Positions 15,452 to 24,620 are shown, counted from the first letter of the stretch. The stretch is DNA of 32,000 nucleotides from Candidatus Saccharimonadota bacterium (GCA_001029695.1 CP011211.1:90001-122000); one strand, 5' to 3'. The notes: generated by a model from the letters alone, not told the origin. Numbers and translations: made by a program.

Positions 15452-16900
15452 TCACTTATATTCCCAGACGACCCCTCGAGTTGTGTCTCGCACCATAACA
15501 CCTTGTTCGAGCAGGATATCACGTAGTCTATCTGATTCGGTCCAGTTCTTGTCTTCGCGGGCTCGTAAGCGCTGCATAATAAGCTGCTTTTGCTTGTCAG
15601 AGATGTCTGGCGTACTTTTTCGCAGTTGGAGTCCGAGCGTCTCGTCGATTGTTTCAAGAAGCTGGTCAAGGCCGCGTTCGTGAATATCGGCAGGAGTTTT
15701 GCCGTCAAGCTGACTAAACGCTTCATCGATGATGGAGAGCGCGAGAGGAGTATTGATATCGTCATTTAATGCGTTGATGACCGCTTGTTTAGATGCGAGT
15801 AGTAGTATGACGTTTGGGTCATCGAGGTTACTATCGTCATCACTTAGTGTATCGTAAGTTTGGTGTCTGAGTGCCGCAATTGCACGCCAGTGCTTAAGTC
15901 TATTGTGTGCTGCAGCGGCATTTTCAAGACTAAAGTTGGTCGGTTTTCGATAATGTGACTGCAAAACAAGCAATCGAAATGCAAGTGGGTCAACGTCTTT
16001 GTCGATCAGGTCTTGAAGCGTGTAAAAATTATTGAGGCTCTTGCTCATTTTTTTACCATCAATCAAAATATGCTCATTGTGAACGAACACTGAGGCATAC
16101 GTAGGATTTGTATTCCCTGCTGTGCTCTGTGCTATTTCGTTTTCATGATGTGGGAACGTGAGATCGATTCCGCCAGTATGAATATCAAATGGCACACCCA
16201 GGCCCTGCTGGCTCATTACCGAGCATTCAAGGTGCCATCCGGGACGACCAGTGAGGTCTATTCCATCAAGAGAGAATTCCCATGATGGCTCCCCTGCCTT
16301 TTTTATTTTCCACAGGGCGAAGTCATGGGCGGTATCTTTGTCGTATTCGTCGTTTTGAATACGTTCATTACTGGTATTTTGATCAGTTAGTTCGACGAGC
16401 TGACCGTATTTTTTGCCTGATTTTTTGTACGCATCGATCGAAAAATACACTCCATCTTCTGCGGTGTACGCAAAGCCATCTTTATGGAGGCTGGCTACGA
16501 GTTGCTTCATACCTTCGACGGTTTGATCATCGGTTGCTTTGACGAACGTAAAGCTCTCTATGTCGTTTCCGATAGTCTGCATATCCTTCAGGAAAAGCTC
16601 ACCGTAAGTAGATGTGAGTTTCTTAAGTGCCTCCATGGCATCCATGTTAGGATAGTTCTCTTGACTGCGGCGTATTGTCTTGTCGTCGACATCTGTGAAG
16701 TTCATCACATGCTTTACTGAGTAGTTGTTTGCAGTAACCACTCGTCTGAGGGTGTCTGCGATGATAAAGGCGCTAAGGTTGCCAATATGGACTTGGTCAT
16801 ATACGGTCGGTCCACAGCTATAGATTTTTACTTCATTTGGATTAAGCGGTGTGAAGGTGCCTTTTGATTTTGTAAGTGTATTATGCAGCCGTAGTGTCAT
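15452..16900 (-). CDS. cysS: cysteine--tRNA ligase
   Basis: HIGN (VHIGNLSAF) and KMSKS (GKKMSKSLNNF) class-I motifs. Start set to MTLRLHNTLTKSKG (ATG 16898-16900), which overlaps the upstream gene by 20 nt. Confidence 0.93.
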   Translation of the reverse strand: MTLRLHNTLTKSKGTFTPLNPNEVKIYSCGPTVYDQVHIGNLSAFIIADTLRRVVTANNYSVKHVMNFTDVDDKTIRRSQENYPNMDAMEALKKLTSTYGELFLKDMQTIGNDIESFTFVKATDDQTVEGMKQLVASLHKDGFAYTAEDGVYFSIDAYKKSGKKYGQLVELTDQNTSNERIQNDEYDKDTAHDFALWKIKKAGEPSWEFSLDGIDLTGRPGWHLECSVMSQQGLGVPFDIHTGGIDLTFPHHENEIAQSTAGNTNPTYASVFVHNEHILIDGKKMSKSLNNFYTLQDLIDKDVDPLAFRLLVLQSHYRKPTNFSLENAAAAHNRLKHWRAIAALRHQTYDTLSDDDSNLDDPNVILLLASKQAVINALNDDINTPLALSIIDEAFSQLDGKTPADIHERGLDQLLETIDETLGLQLRKSTPDISDKQKQLIMQRLRAREDKNWTESDRLRDILLEQGVMVRDTTRGVVWEYK

Positions 16901-17873
16901 AGTTTGAAATTGCCTTATCTGTTGCTTCAACGAGTTCTCGTACTATTGTGTCATAGTTTTCATACGCACGAAAGCCAGAGGCGTATTTGTGGCCACCGCC
17001 TCCAAAGAAGCCGGCGACGGTTTCGGCAATAGGAAGGTTTCCACGAAGCTTGCCGGTGATTTTGCCATCTGGGTAGGTCTTTATTGCGACGCCAAGCTGA
17101 ACACCTTCGACAAGGCGCATTTCATCGAGCACAAGAACGCTCGGATTGTATTGATCACTATATTTTTGAATGTCTTCCCATGGAATATGAACGATCGCCA
17201 GCTTTCCATCAAGCAAGTACTCGATACGCGAGATAAGCTCTCCCTTGTACGCAAGAATTTCTGGTGATTTCTTCATGAATTCTCGTCGACGCTCTTCGAT
17301 TGCGGCATTGCTTGCACCAAGCTCAGTGAGTTTGCCTGCGGTGAAAAATGCATTTGGTGAGACGTTTTGCGTGGTAAGTCCGAGGCTATCGCTCATGATG
17401 GCGATAAGCATGCACTCGGCGGCATGTGCGTTGATCGCCCATTTATTATCACTTGCTAGCCTGTAGATAACCTCACTCGTCGCTACGGCATCATCGATAA
17501 GAAGTGTATGATCAAATGTAAGATTAGACTTTGTTGCATGATGATCAATGACGAGAACTGGATGACTCTCGAGGAAGTGTCGTACGCCAGGTGTTTCGAG
17601 CACTTTTGTGATCAGTACATCGGCGCTCGTGTCGACGATAATCGCAAGGTCTGCACTTGTGTCAAAGTCAGTGACCACTCTATCCCATCCAAGGATGTAG
17701 CGCAGGTATTTTGGTATCTCGACTGGGCAGTAAAGGATGACATCTTTGCCGAGATCGCCAAGGATTTCTTCGAGTGCGAGCGCACTTCCCAGTGAGTCGC
17801 CGTCGGGGTTTTCGGCCTGAATAATGATGATTTTTTTTGCGTCGTTGATGAGAGTGGTTGCTGATTCGTACAT
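16881..17873 (-). CDS. nrnA: DHH/DHHA1 family phosphoesterase (NrnA-like oligoribonuclease/pAp phosphatase)
   Basis: Motifs DGDSLGS, VIDHH and GGGGHKYASGF. Start chosen at ATG 17873 (MYESATT), 7 nt after TGTTATAAT. Confidence 0.85.
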   Translation of the reverse strand: MYESATTLINDAKKIIIIQAENPDGDSLGSALALEEILGDLGKDVILYCPVEIPKYLRYILGWDRVVTDFDTSADLAIIVDTSADVLITKVLETPGVRHFLESHPVLVIDHHATKSNLTFDHTLLIDDAVATSEVIYRLASDNKWAINAHAAECMLIAIMSDSLGLTTQNVSPNAFFTAGKLTELGASNAAIEERRREFMKKSPEILAYKGELISRIEYLLDGKLAIVHIPWEDIQKYSDQYNPSVLVLDEMRLVEGVQLGVAIKTYPDGKITGKLRGNLPIAETVAGFFGGGGHKYASGFRAYENYDTIVRELVEATDKAISNYDTTAA

Positions 17874-17880
17874 TATCATT

Positions 17881-17889
17881 ATTATAACA
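17881..17889 (-). promoter_or_regulatory. extended -10 TGTTATAAT, 7 nt before the nrnA-like ATG (leaderless geometry)
   Basis: The minus strand reads TGTTATAAT-AATGATA-ATG. No SD. Confidence 0.55.
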
Positions 17890-17911
17890 GAGGTATGATG
17901 GTATGGTTATA

Positions 17912-17940
17912 TTGACTAAATATATTATATATGTTAATAT
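17912..17940 (+). promoter_or_regulatory. promoter TTGACT-17-TAATAT for the 2-TM protein gene
   Basis: TTGACT 17912-17917, 17-nt spacer, TAATAT 17935-17940. GGGAG SD lies 7 nt before ATG 17998. Confidence 0.6.
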
Positions 17941-17997
17941 AAAAATATAGCACAGATACTAATAGGCATCTGGCTCGTACGGACATAGGGAGTAACA

Positions 17998-18375
17998 ATG
18001 AACTACCAGATCGATCAGGATGTAGTCGCGACAAGCGTCTATGCCGACAAGAACGTCCGAAAGGAGCTTTTCTGGCGTAAGGTTGGTGTGTTAGGATTTT
18101 TTATGTCCACTACAGGCATGGTTGTTGTAGTCCAATTACTTAATGAGCCGCTGTCGGCTATCCGTTTCTGGACTGGCTGCACCGCTCTCGCACTTTCGGT
18201 GTGTGCGATAGTTGCTTCGGCATGGATACTCGCTGCAAAGCACGCATGGTCTAACTCTGCGCTTATCGATGCGACTACCAATGCAACCCTAGTTCTAATA
18301 CGTGAACTCAATTCCGTATCTATCGAGGAGCTGCGAGCTCAGTTACGAAAGGAGTATGAGTCATTCGACAGATGA
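17998..18375 (+). CDS. hypothetical 2-TM membrane protein (125 aa)
   Basis: Two adjacent hydrophobic helices (VGVLGFFMSTTGMVVVVQLL; CTALALSVCAIVASAWILAA) plus a C-terminal charged helix. It has its own promoter and terminator. Confidence 0.65.
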   Translation: MNYQIDQDVVATSVYADKNVRKELFWRKVGVLGFFMSTTGMVVVVQLLNEPLSAIRFWTGCTALALSVCAIVASAWILAAKHAWSNSALIDATTNATLVLIRELNSVSIEELRAQLRKEYESFDR

Positions 18376-18391
18376 GCTTCCATGTCTGTCG

Positions 18392-18428
18392 GCCCTACCT
18401 TATTGACTTAAGGTAGGGCTATTTTTAT
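18392..18428 (+). terminator. rho-independent terminator
   Basis: Stem GCCCTACCTTA (18392-18402) / TAAGGTAGGGC (18409-18419), followed by TATTTTTAT. Confidence 0.85.
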
Positions 18429-18499
18429 GTAACTGAACAACTGAGTACGGTGAGCTAGCAAGGGTAATATATAGATATTTTGCCTCATCCGTAGTTATG

Positions 18500-19114
18500 C
18501 TATAGAAGCCTACGGCCTTCGAGTGCGTGTGACAAGGTGATTTGATCGGCATACTCAAGATCAACACCTACGGGGATCCCCCTTGCTAGTCGGCTCATTT
18601 TTACTTCAATCCCTGCTTCTTGGATGTGCCTTTGGAGAAATAGCGCGGTCGATTCACCTTCGACACTCGCATTGGTCGCAATGATCAATTCTTTGACATT
18701 ATCTTCTCGGATACGCTTCATGAGCTCGGGGATGTGAAGCTGTTCTGGCCCTATGCCGTCAATCGGACTAATCGCTCCGCCGAGTACGTGGTATGTGCCA
18801 TGGTATTGAGCGGTACGCTCAAGTGCGATGATGTCGAGCGGCTCCTCTACGACGGCAATTGTGGTTTTATCACGGGAGCTATCACTATAGAGGATAGATA
18901 CATCTTCGTCGCTATCGATGAGCGCAAAGGTAACTGGACACTGTTTTACGCCGCTATGAAGCTTCTGCAAGCTCTCAGCAAGCTGTGAGGCGACCTCAGG
19001 CCGGGTGCGCAGCAAATAGTACGCATAGCGTTCGGCAGTCCGAGCTCCGACACCGGGGAGGCGTCCGAGCTCATCGATCGCACTTAAAAGTGCGGCTGGA
19101 AGCAGCTGCGCCAT
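18500..19114 (-). CDS. recR: recombination protein RecR (zinc-finger cysteines degenerate)
   Basis: HhH N-terminus (LPGVGARTAERYAYYLL). Toprim and C-terminal motifs (IAVVEEPLDIIALERT, HVLGGAISPIDGIGP, IIATNASVEGESTA, RLARGIPVG). Confidence 0.92.
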   Translation of the reverse strand: MAQLLPAALLSAIDELGRLPGVGARTAERYAYYLLRTRPEVASQLAESLQKLHSGVKQCPVTFALIDSDEDVSILYSDSSRDKTTIAVVEEPLDIIALERTAQYHGTYHVLGGAISPIDGIGPEQLHIPELMKRIREDNVKELIIATNASVEGESTALFLQRHIQEAGIEVKMSRLARGIPVGVDLEYADQITLSHALEGRRLL

Positions 19115-19122
19115 ACTCGACG

Positions 19123-19413
19123 TTACATACCTAGGTTGCCGAGACCACCCATGAGTGGCTTCATCTTCTCGGCAGCAATCTCTTGTGCTTTTTGCATTCC
19201 ATCGCGGATTGCGATCTCAAGCCAGTGCTCAAGCTCATTGATCTCTTCAAGGTCAACCATTTCTGGATTAATCTTGATACTTACGACTTTTAGTTCTCCA
19301 TTGATCTGTACGACAACAGCGCCATCACCAGCTTCAACTTCGATAATTTGCTTTTTTAGATCTTTCTGCGCTTTTCGCAGATCATTTAACATCTTCATTT
19401 GGTCAAACGCCAT
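19123..19413 (-). CDS. ybaB: YbaB/EbfC family nucleoid-associated protein
   Basis: 96 aa with the typical LRKAQKDLKK...VEAGDGAVVVQINGELKVVSIKINPE...MGGLG pattern. GGAGGA SD. Confidence 0.9.
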   Translation of the reverse strand: MAFDQMKMLNDLRKAQKDLKKQIIEVEAGDGAVVVQINGELKVVSIKINPEMVDLEEINELEHWLEIAIRDGMQKAQEIAAEKMKPLMGGLGNLGM

Positions 19414-19467
19414 GATTAGTAATCCTCCGTAAACTTAAACTCATACCATTATACGACAAATGAGCAA

Positions 19468-20919
19468 CTATTTATAGATATAGAATCGATCAGATTCATT
19501 TGAATGACTCGTGGTGATGATTCGTGATACTTCACGATCTTCAACTTTTTCATGACCTTTGCGGGTTGCAGCGAAGTTATGGTCTTTCGAGAGTGAAATC
19601 GTGTCAGTGGTGACCTTGATTGTTCCCTGTTTGTTGTACTTTGCAACAGCATCATAGAACTCTTTTTCGTCGTTTGAGACAACGATGACTGTCTCGCCTT
19701 CTCCTTTGATATGGTGATTGAATAGGATGAGGTCTCGTGTAAAGCTTGTTGCTGTTTTTGGATCGTAGTGGTAGCCATACATGTAGCGCCCGACACCACT
19801 AAATACGAGACCAGCGACAAGTATAACGAGTGGTACAAGGCCAACGATGCGTGCATATGGATTTTTGGGAAAGAGCCCATACCAAGATTTGAGGAGGTAT
19901 TCTAGTCCGCTTGCAAGAAGGAGGAGGAACGGTACAAAAGTGACGCTCGTATAGTTAGGGTTGATAAGAAGAATCGGTATGAGCAGTACAGTCCAGGCGG
20001 TGACGGTATAGCTTCGGGCGGTATAACGAGTCTTGAAAAGCTGCCATCCGCCGAGCCCGATCAGGATGATCGAGCCTAGTCCGAACACAGGAGTCATGAG
20101 TGTCCCACTTGCTGGAGTAATAAAGTTGAGGTATTGCTGCGAAAGAGTGAGTGCATTTTCGAGAAGGTTCGGCGGCCATGAAGTCGGGAGTCCTAGAAGC
20201 TCAGGTCCAAGTGCTGGTCGCAATGTGATCAAGTAAATGAGAGGCGCTGCGATGATGATCGTCAGAAGGGAGAGGGTCGTCAGATGTGGCATCGACATGC
20301 GACGGATGACGTAGCGAACGTGAGGATGGAGGAGTGCAGCACTTGCAATCGCAAGAAGCAGGTATAAACTGAGCGGTGTATAGAGGCTGAGTCCGGCAAT
20401 AATAAAGAAAACAACTTTCCAGAATCGTCGGTGACGCTGGCTTCCTGTGATCATAGTCGCTGCGAGTAGGAGCCATACTGACCATGCTATGTAGGTGATG
20501 CCGGCCGCTCCTGACTGAGCAACGAACAAGAACTGGCCAGTAGTAATCATGATGGTTGTTGCAAGTACGGCGATGTTCGACTTGAACCATCGACGCAGTA
20601 GGAGTACTGCTCCTATGCTTGTGACGAACGCAAAGATAAGCGACGGCAGCTTGATGGTGAAGTTTGATACGCCGAATATATGAAAGCCAGCCTGCTGCAG
20701 TAAGCTGTATGGAAGATTCGTTACAGTTAGTGATGACGGGTTGGTGATATCGAGTGAGGCGCTTTTTACGGTTGAGTTGAGCTCTTGGTCGCTGAGGCCA
20801 CCAGGCACATATAGGCCGCTGAAGAGGAGTAGTCCAATAAGAAGTAGAACGATGGCGCCATAGCCAAGTAAATAGCGGTATTTATATAAAAATGAATTTA
20901 CTAAAGGTGTCTTGCCCAT
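19468..20919 (-). CDS. polytopic membrane protein, probable GT-C fold glycosyltransferase (GT39/ArnT/PMT-like) with a C-terminal soluble domain
   Basis: More than 10 TM helices. The segment FGVSNFTIKLPSLIFAFVTSIGAVLLLRRWF resembles the conserved ArnT/GT39 region. ATG 20919 preferred: the GTG at 20928 lies 2 nt after a TGCTATAAT element (20931-20939). Confidence 0.6.
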   Translation of the reverse strand: MGKTPLVNSFLYKYRYLLGYGAIVLLLIGLLLFSGLYVPGGLSDQELNSTVKSASLDITNPSSLTVTNLPYSLLQQAGFHIFGVSNFTIKLPSLIFAFVTSIGAVLLLRRWFKSNIAVLATTIMITTGQFLFVAQSGAAGITYIAWSVWLLLAATMITGSQRHRRFWKVVFFIIAGLSLYTPLSLYLLLAIASAALLHPHVRYVIRRMSMPHLTTLSLLTIIIAAPLIYLITLRPALGPELLGLPTSWPPNLLENALTLSQQYLNFITPASGTLMTPVFGLGSIILIGLGGWQLFKTRYTARSYTVTAWTVLLIPILLINPNYTSVTFVPFLLLLASGLEYLLKSWYGLFPKNPYARIVGLVPLVILVAGLVFSGVGRYMYGYHYDPKTATSFTRDLILFNHHIKGEGETVIVVSNDEKEFYDAVAKYNKQGTIKVTTDTISLSKDHNFAATRKGHEKVEDREVSRIITTSHSNESDRFYIYK

Positions 20920-20941
20920 AACTTTCACTTATTATAGCACG

Positions 20942-22288
20942 CTAGTCGTGATGCTTATCAAGCGACATAAAGCGGAGTCGTTCTGGGTGGAAGTAGAGCT
21001 CAACTTTGCCGACAGGTCCGTTACGATGCTTAGCGATAATCAGGTCAGTAATGTTTTCACGTTCGGTCTCAGGGTTGTAGTAGGCCTCGCGGTAGATAAA
21101 CATCACGATATCGGCATCTTGCTCGATTGATCCTGATTCGCGGAGGTCGGCAAGCTGTGGAATTTGCGGGCTACGTGATTCGACAGATCGCGAGAGCTGA
21201 GAAAGTGCAATCACTGGCACGTTCATCTCACGAGCGATGAGCTTGAGGCCACGTGAGATCTCACTCACCTCTTGGACACGATTTCCTTCTGTCTTGCTAC
21301 TTCCCTGCATGAGCTGAAGGTAGTCGACGATGATTAGCCCGAGCGGTCCGTCGTGAGCGGCGCGCCTCGCTTTTGTGCGCATCTCAAGTACTGAGAGGCC
21401 TGGCTTGTCATCGATAAAGATTGGCGCTTCTGCCATCTCACCCATTGCTTCGCTAAGTTTGCTAAAATCATCGTCAGACAGGTTTCCGGTGCGAATATTC
21501 CAGGCATCGACCCCAGAGGCGTCTGCAAGCATACGGTCGACAAGCTGCTCCTTACTCATCTCAAGGCTAAAAAATAGAACTGACTGTTTGTTCGCGGTTG
21601 CTACGTTGTATGCAAGGTTGGTCACAAGGGTGGTTTTACCCATGGCAGGACGAGCCGCGAGGATAATAAGATCAGAGCGCTGTAGTCCAGCGGTCATATT
21701 GTCGAGATCGCGGTAGCCTGTTCGCACACCACGAAGTGCACCTTTATTTCGGTGTAGTTCCTCCATGCGATCGAAACTGTCAGTCAAGATTGATTCGATA
21801 CTCGTCAGATCTTGCTTGAGAGATTGATCGCTAACAGAAAAGAGCTCTTGCTCGGCTTTACCGAGGAGTTCCTGTACGTCATACTCTTCGTCAAAACCAA
21901 GCTGAGATATTTCAGTACTGGCTTTGATAAGTCGTCGACGGATGGCTTTTGTCGAGACCATCTCTGCGTAGGCTTCAGCGTGTGCAGCAGTCGGGACGTA
22001 GTTTGTAAGTTCGCTGAGGTACGCAGTGCCACCAATCATTTCAAGCTCGTCTTTTTTCTTTAGCTCGTCGGTAAGTGTCAAAAGGTCGACAGGCTTGTGT
22101 CGTTCATAAAGGCGCACCATCGCACCGTAGATGGTCGCGTGGCGCTTGTCGTAGAAGTCTTTTGCAGTGACAAACTCAGTAACATCGGCAAGTTTTTCCT
22201 CATCAATCAAAACAGCGCCGATAAGACTCATTTCGGCATCTATGTTCTGTGGCGGGATTTTACCCGCTGGGATTTCTTTTGCGCTCAT
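20942..22288 (-). CDS. dnaB: replicative DNA helicase DnaB
   Basis: N-terminal DnaB domain (PPQNIDAEMSLIGAVL). Walker A ARPAMGKTT, Walker B IIVDYLQLM, and SQLSR. Confidence 0.95.
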   Translation of the reverse strand: MSAKEIPAGKIPPQNIDAEMSLIGAVLIDEEKLADVTEFVTAKDFYDKRHATIYGAMVRLYERHKPVDLLTLTDELKKKDELEMIGGTAYLSELTNYVPTAAHAEAYAEMVSTKAIRRRLIKASTEISQLGFDEEYDVQELLGKAEQELFSVSDQSLKQDLTSIESILTDSFDRMEELHRNKGALRGVRTGYRDLDNMTAGLQRSDLIILAARPAMGKTTLVTNLAYNVATANKQSVLFFSLEMSKEQLVDRMLADASGVDAWNIRTGNLSDDDFSKLSEAMGEMAEAPIFIDDKPGLSVLEMRTKARRAAHDGPLGLIIVDYLQLMQGSSKTEGNRVQEVSEISRGLKLIAREMNVPVIALSQLSRSVESRSPQIPQLADLRESGSIEQDADIVMFIYREAYYNPETERENITDLIIAKHRNGPVGKVELYFHPERLRFMSLDKHHD

Positions 22289-22312
22289 GTATGTACACCT
22301 TCAAGCAATTGA

Positions 22313-23767
22313 CTACGCGTCAACGCTCACCTCTTCTCCTCCACCCATAATACCAGCAACTGCGGCTGCAACGCTATCTTTTGGTGGTGGAGGCGTCGGA
22401 ATCGTTTCAATAATCCACTCGCCAGCACCAACGGCGAGGAGTGATTCTGCAAGAATTGCTCGGTATTTGGCATCATCAAGTTTGGTTTTGTTAAACTTGC
22501 GCATTGCATAGAGTGTGAGTGTGTCGCCATCAATTTCATAGCTACACTTACTGAGAACGCTATGGAGTGCGACATAGTTTACCCGTACATACTCAATCCA
22601 GACAGCCCAGTCAAACTCACCCGGCGGTTGCGAAGGTACTTTCGGTGCTTCAGGGGGCTTTACTGCGAGCGTCTGAGGTGGGGTTGAAGGCGTGGGTGTA
22701 TCTTCTTTGATTTTCGTGACCGGTTTTTGTTTGACCATATTTTGGATAGATCCCTGATGAGCGGGGGCGATAGGAGCCGTTATGGCGGGTGCATTTACGG
22801 CAAGTGGTGCACTTTTTGGTTTTTGGCTAGTCTGGCTAGCGAGTACAGTAAGTAGTTTGATATGTGGCTGCGAGGAAGTCGGCACACTCAAAAGTTCGTC
22901 GAGGAGTGGGAGCAGCTGTGGGTGTGAGACGATATTCGCGCGAATAGCTCTCGTGAGCTGGTTTGCAAACACGGCTGGCTGTACGCCAGATGCATCGATC
23001 ATATCAAGCTGCGCGAGGATAGCTGATAAATCATTAGAAAGCACTGCCGCGATGATTGCTTTGATATGCTCTTGAGATGCTAAGCCTAGGAGTTGTTCGA
23101 TGGTATCGCGCGTAATCTCTTTTTGATCGGCCAGTCCAGATAGCTGGTCGAGAAGGCTGATGCTATCTCGAAAACTTCCGCCACCTCGTTGTGCGATGAG
23201 CAGAAGTGCTTCATCGGAGATTGCTATTTTTTCTTCACTCGCTATATGGCGCAGATGACGCACAGCATCCTCAGGTTGAATTGTTCGAAATGTATACTGC
23301 TGTGTGCGACTGATGATTGTATCGGGTAATTTATCGGCGTCGGTCGTTGCGAGGATAAATACAACATGCTCGGGTGGCTCTTCGAGAGTCTTGAGGAGTG
23401 CGTTAAACGCTGGCTTTGAGAGCATGTGCACCTCATCGATGATATAGACTTTCTTTTTGGCGGACACCGGAGCAATCTGAACTTTTTCGCGGAGTTGTCG
23501 TACGTCATCGACGCCGTTATTACTTGCGGCGTCAATCTCTATGATGTCGAGGTGAGTTGTCTCGTCAGTGTATTCAAGACTATTGATTTCATGCGCTAAG
23601 ATCCGTGCGATTGACGTTTTGCCAACACCGCGTGGCCCAGTTAGGAGATACGCGTGAGCTACTTTACCTTGTTTTAGGCTTCGTGAAAGTATGTCAGTGA
23701 CATGAGACTGGCCGACCACCTCATCAAGTGACTTGCTGCGATATTTTCGATATAATGCCCTACTCAT
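22313..23767 (-). CDS. dnaX: DNA polymerase III subunit gamma/tau
   Basis: MSRALYRKYRSKSLDEVVGQSHV, GPRGVGKTS, IIDEVHMLS and the SRTQ sensor motif. Confidence 0.95.
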   Translation of the reverse strand: MSRALYRKYRSKSLDEVVGQSHVTDILSRSLKQGKVAHAYLLTGPRGVGKTSIARILAHEINSLEYTDETTHLDIIEIDAASNNGVDDVRQLREKVQIAPVSAKKKVYIIDEVHMLSKPAFNALLKTLEEPPEHVVFILATTDADKLPDTIISRTQQYTFRTIQPEDAVRHLRHIASEEKIAISDEALLLIAQRGGGSFRDSISLLDQLSGLADQKEITRDTIEQLLGLASQEHIKAIIAAVLSNDLSAILAQLDMIDASGVQPAVFANQLTRAIRANIVSHPQLLPLLDELLSVPTSSQPHIKLLTVLASQTSQKPKSAPLAVNAPAITAPIAPAHQGSIQNMVKQKPVTKIKEDTPTPSTPPQTLAVKPPEAPKVPSQPPGEFDWAVWIEYVRVNYVALHSVLSKCSYEIDGDTLTLYAMRKFNKTKLDDAKYRAILAESLLAVGAGEWIIETIPTPPPPKDSVAAAVAGIMGGGEEVSVDA

Positions 23768-23855
23768 TGCTATGTAGTATTGTACGCTGTTTTTTCGATA
23801 CTGTCTGTTGTGTTTTTACGCAATGGGGTGTGAGCATAAAGGATTGCTGTCCCTA

Positions 23856-23888
23856 TGTAAAAACAGCCCCATTAAGGGCTGTTTTTTG
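23856..23888 (-). terminator. intrinsic terminator (bidirectional form) after the 174-aa gene
   Basis: Stem AACAGCCC (23862-23869) / GGGCTGTT (23876-23883), flanked by A5 and T6 runs. Confidence 0.75.
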
Positions 23889-23905
23889 CTATCTTTTTGC
23901 TTTCT

Positions 23906-24430
23906 CTAGAGTGACGCTTCGACGGCGGCCCAAGTTGCTTCGGGGTTGTCTTCTGGTACGATAATCGTTACCTGGTCGCCTTCTTTGATACGGAAGTATG
24001 TAACGCTCGCAAGAAGAATACGATATTCACGTCCATTCGCCTCGACATAGTACGCGCCATCATGCTGTACGAGAGTACCGATGATCTGTCGTCGTTCAGT
24101 TGGGCCAATTTGCTTGTAGATGAAGCTGCCATCGTCGGCGATAGTAAGTTTCATGATGTCACCCTCAACGAGCTTTGATTTGCTCGCATAGTTTGCTGGC
24201 ACTGGATAGCTTTTGCCATCTGGACCGATCATTACTTGTCCGTCAAAGACTCCTTCGACGATCTTCCCGCTCACCTCTTCTTGGCTGCTTCGTGGCGTGA
24301 GTACGCTTCCGTCATCACCGATAATGCTAATAAGCAGCTCTTTTGCTGCGGCGAGGTTCGTCTCAGCCTCTTGGATTAGGGATGTCAGTCGCTTTACTTG
24401 TTTCTCTGGTAATTCAGACATGTCTCGCAA
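23906..24430 (-). CDS. conserved hypothetical protein with an N-terminal helix and two tandem beta-rich repeats
   Basis: 174-aa ORF. The internal repeat GKSYPVPANYASKSKLVEGDIMKLTIADDG / GREYRILLASVTYFRIKEGDQVTIIVPEDN is visible by eye. Start is TTG 24430 or ATG 24421, behind AAGGAA. Confidence 0.65.
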   Translation of the reverse strand: MRDMSELPEKQVKRLTSLIQEAETNLAAAKELLISIIGDDGSVLTPRSSQEEVSGKIVEGVFDGQVMIGPDGKSYPVPANYASKSKLVEGDIMKLTIADDGSFIYKQIGPTERRQIIGTLVQHDGAYYVEANGREYRILLASVTYFRIKEGDQVTIIVPEDNPEATWAAVEASL

Positions 24431-24466
24431 ATTTCCTTGTCTGTTTTTGTGATAGTATTACCTCTA

Positions 24467-24495
24467 TATATACCAGCCAGTTGGCCTGCTGTCAA
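24467..24495 (-). promoter_or_regulatory. promoter TTGACA-17-(TGG)TATATA
   Basis: The minus strand reads TTGACA (24490-24495), a 17-nt spacer ending in TGG, then TATATA (24467-24472). Confidence 0.7.
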
Positions 24496-24581
24496 TATTA
24501 CTGCTCTATTTATCGAAGTCACTGAGGCTTTTCCACACACTTATATGGGGTAGATGTAAAAACGTTGTATATTTTATCATT

Positions 24582-24620
24582 GCAAATAAAATACCACCAC
24601 TTTGTAAAAAAGGGTGGTAT
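24582..24620 (-). terminator. rho-independent terminator of the rplJL operon
   Basis: Stem ATACCACC (24591-24598) / GGTGGTAT (24613-24620). On the minus strand it is followed by TTTTATTTG. Confidence 0.7.

Noticed and set aside
15264-15683. A 139-aa plus-strand ORF overlapping the cysS 3' end and small ORF S.
   Set aside because: It is antisense to a confidently assigned cysS and has a Ser/Arg/Cys-rich shadow-frame composition. It has no SD or promoter.
17998-18375. The 2-TM protein as a SLATT-like effector of a conflict system.
   Set aside because: Only the generic layout matches: N-terminal helix, two adjacent TM helices and a C-terminal helix. No associated sensor or nucleotide-cyclase genes are nearby. 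The neighbours are nrnA, cysS and recR.
23768-23905. A possible SRP (4.5S/scRNA) gene, which sits upstream of dnaX in some bacteria such as Bacillus.
   Set aside because: Neither strand contains the conserved domain IV signature (GGAA tetraloop flanked by AGCAG / GUCAGG-type symmetric loop). The region is explained by a terminator hairpin and the dnaX promoter (TACAAT, 11 nt from the ATG).
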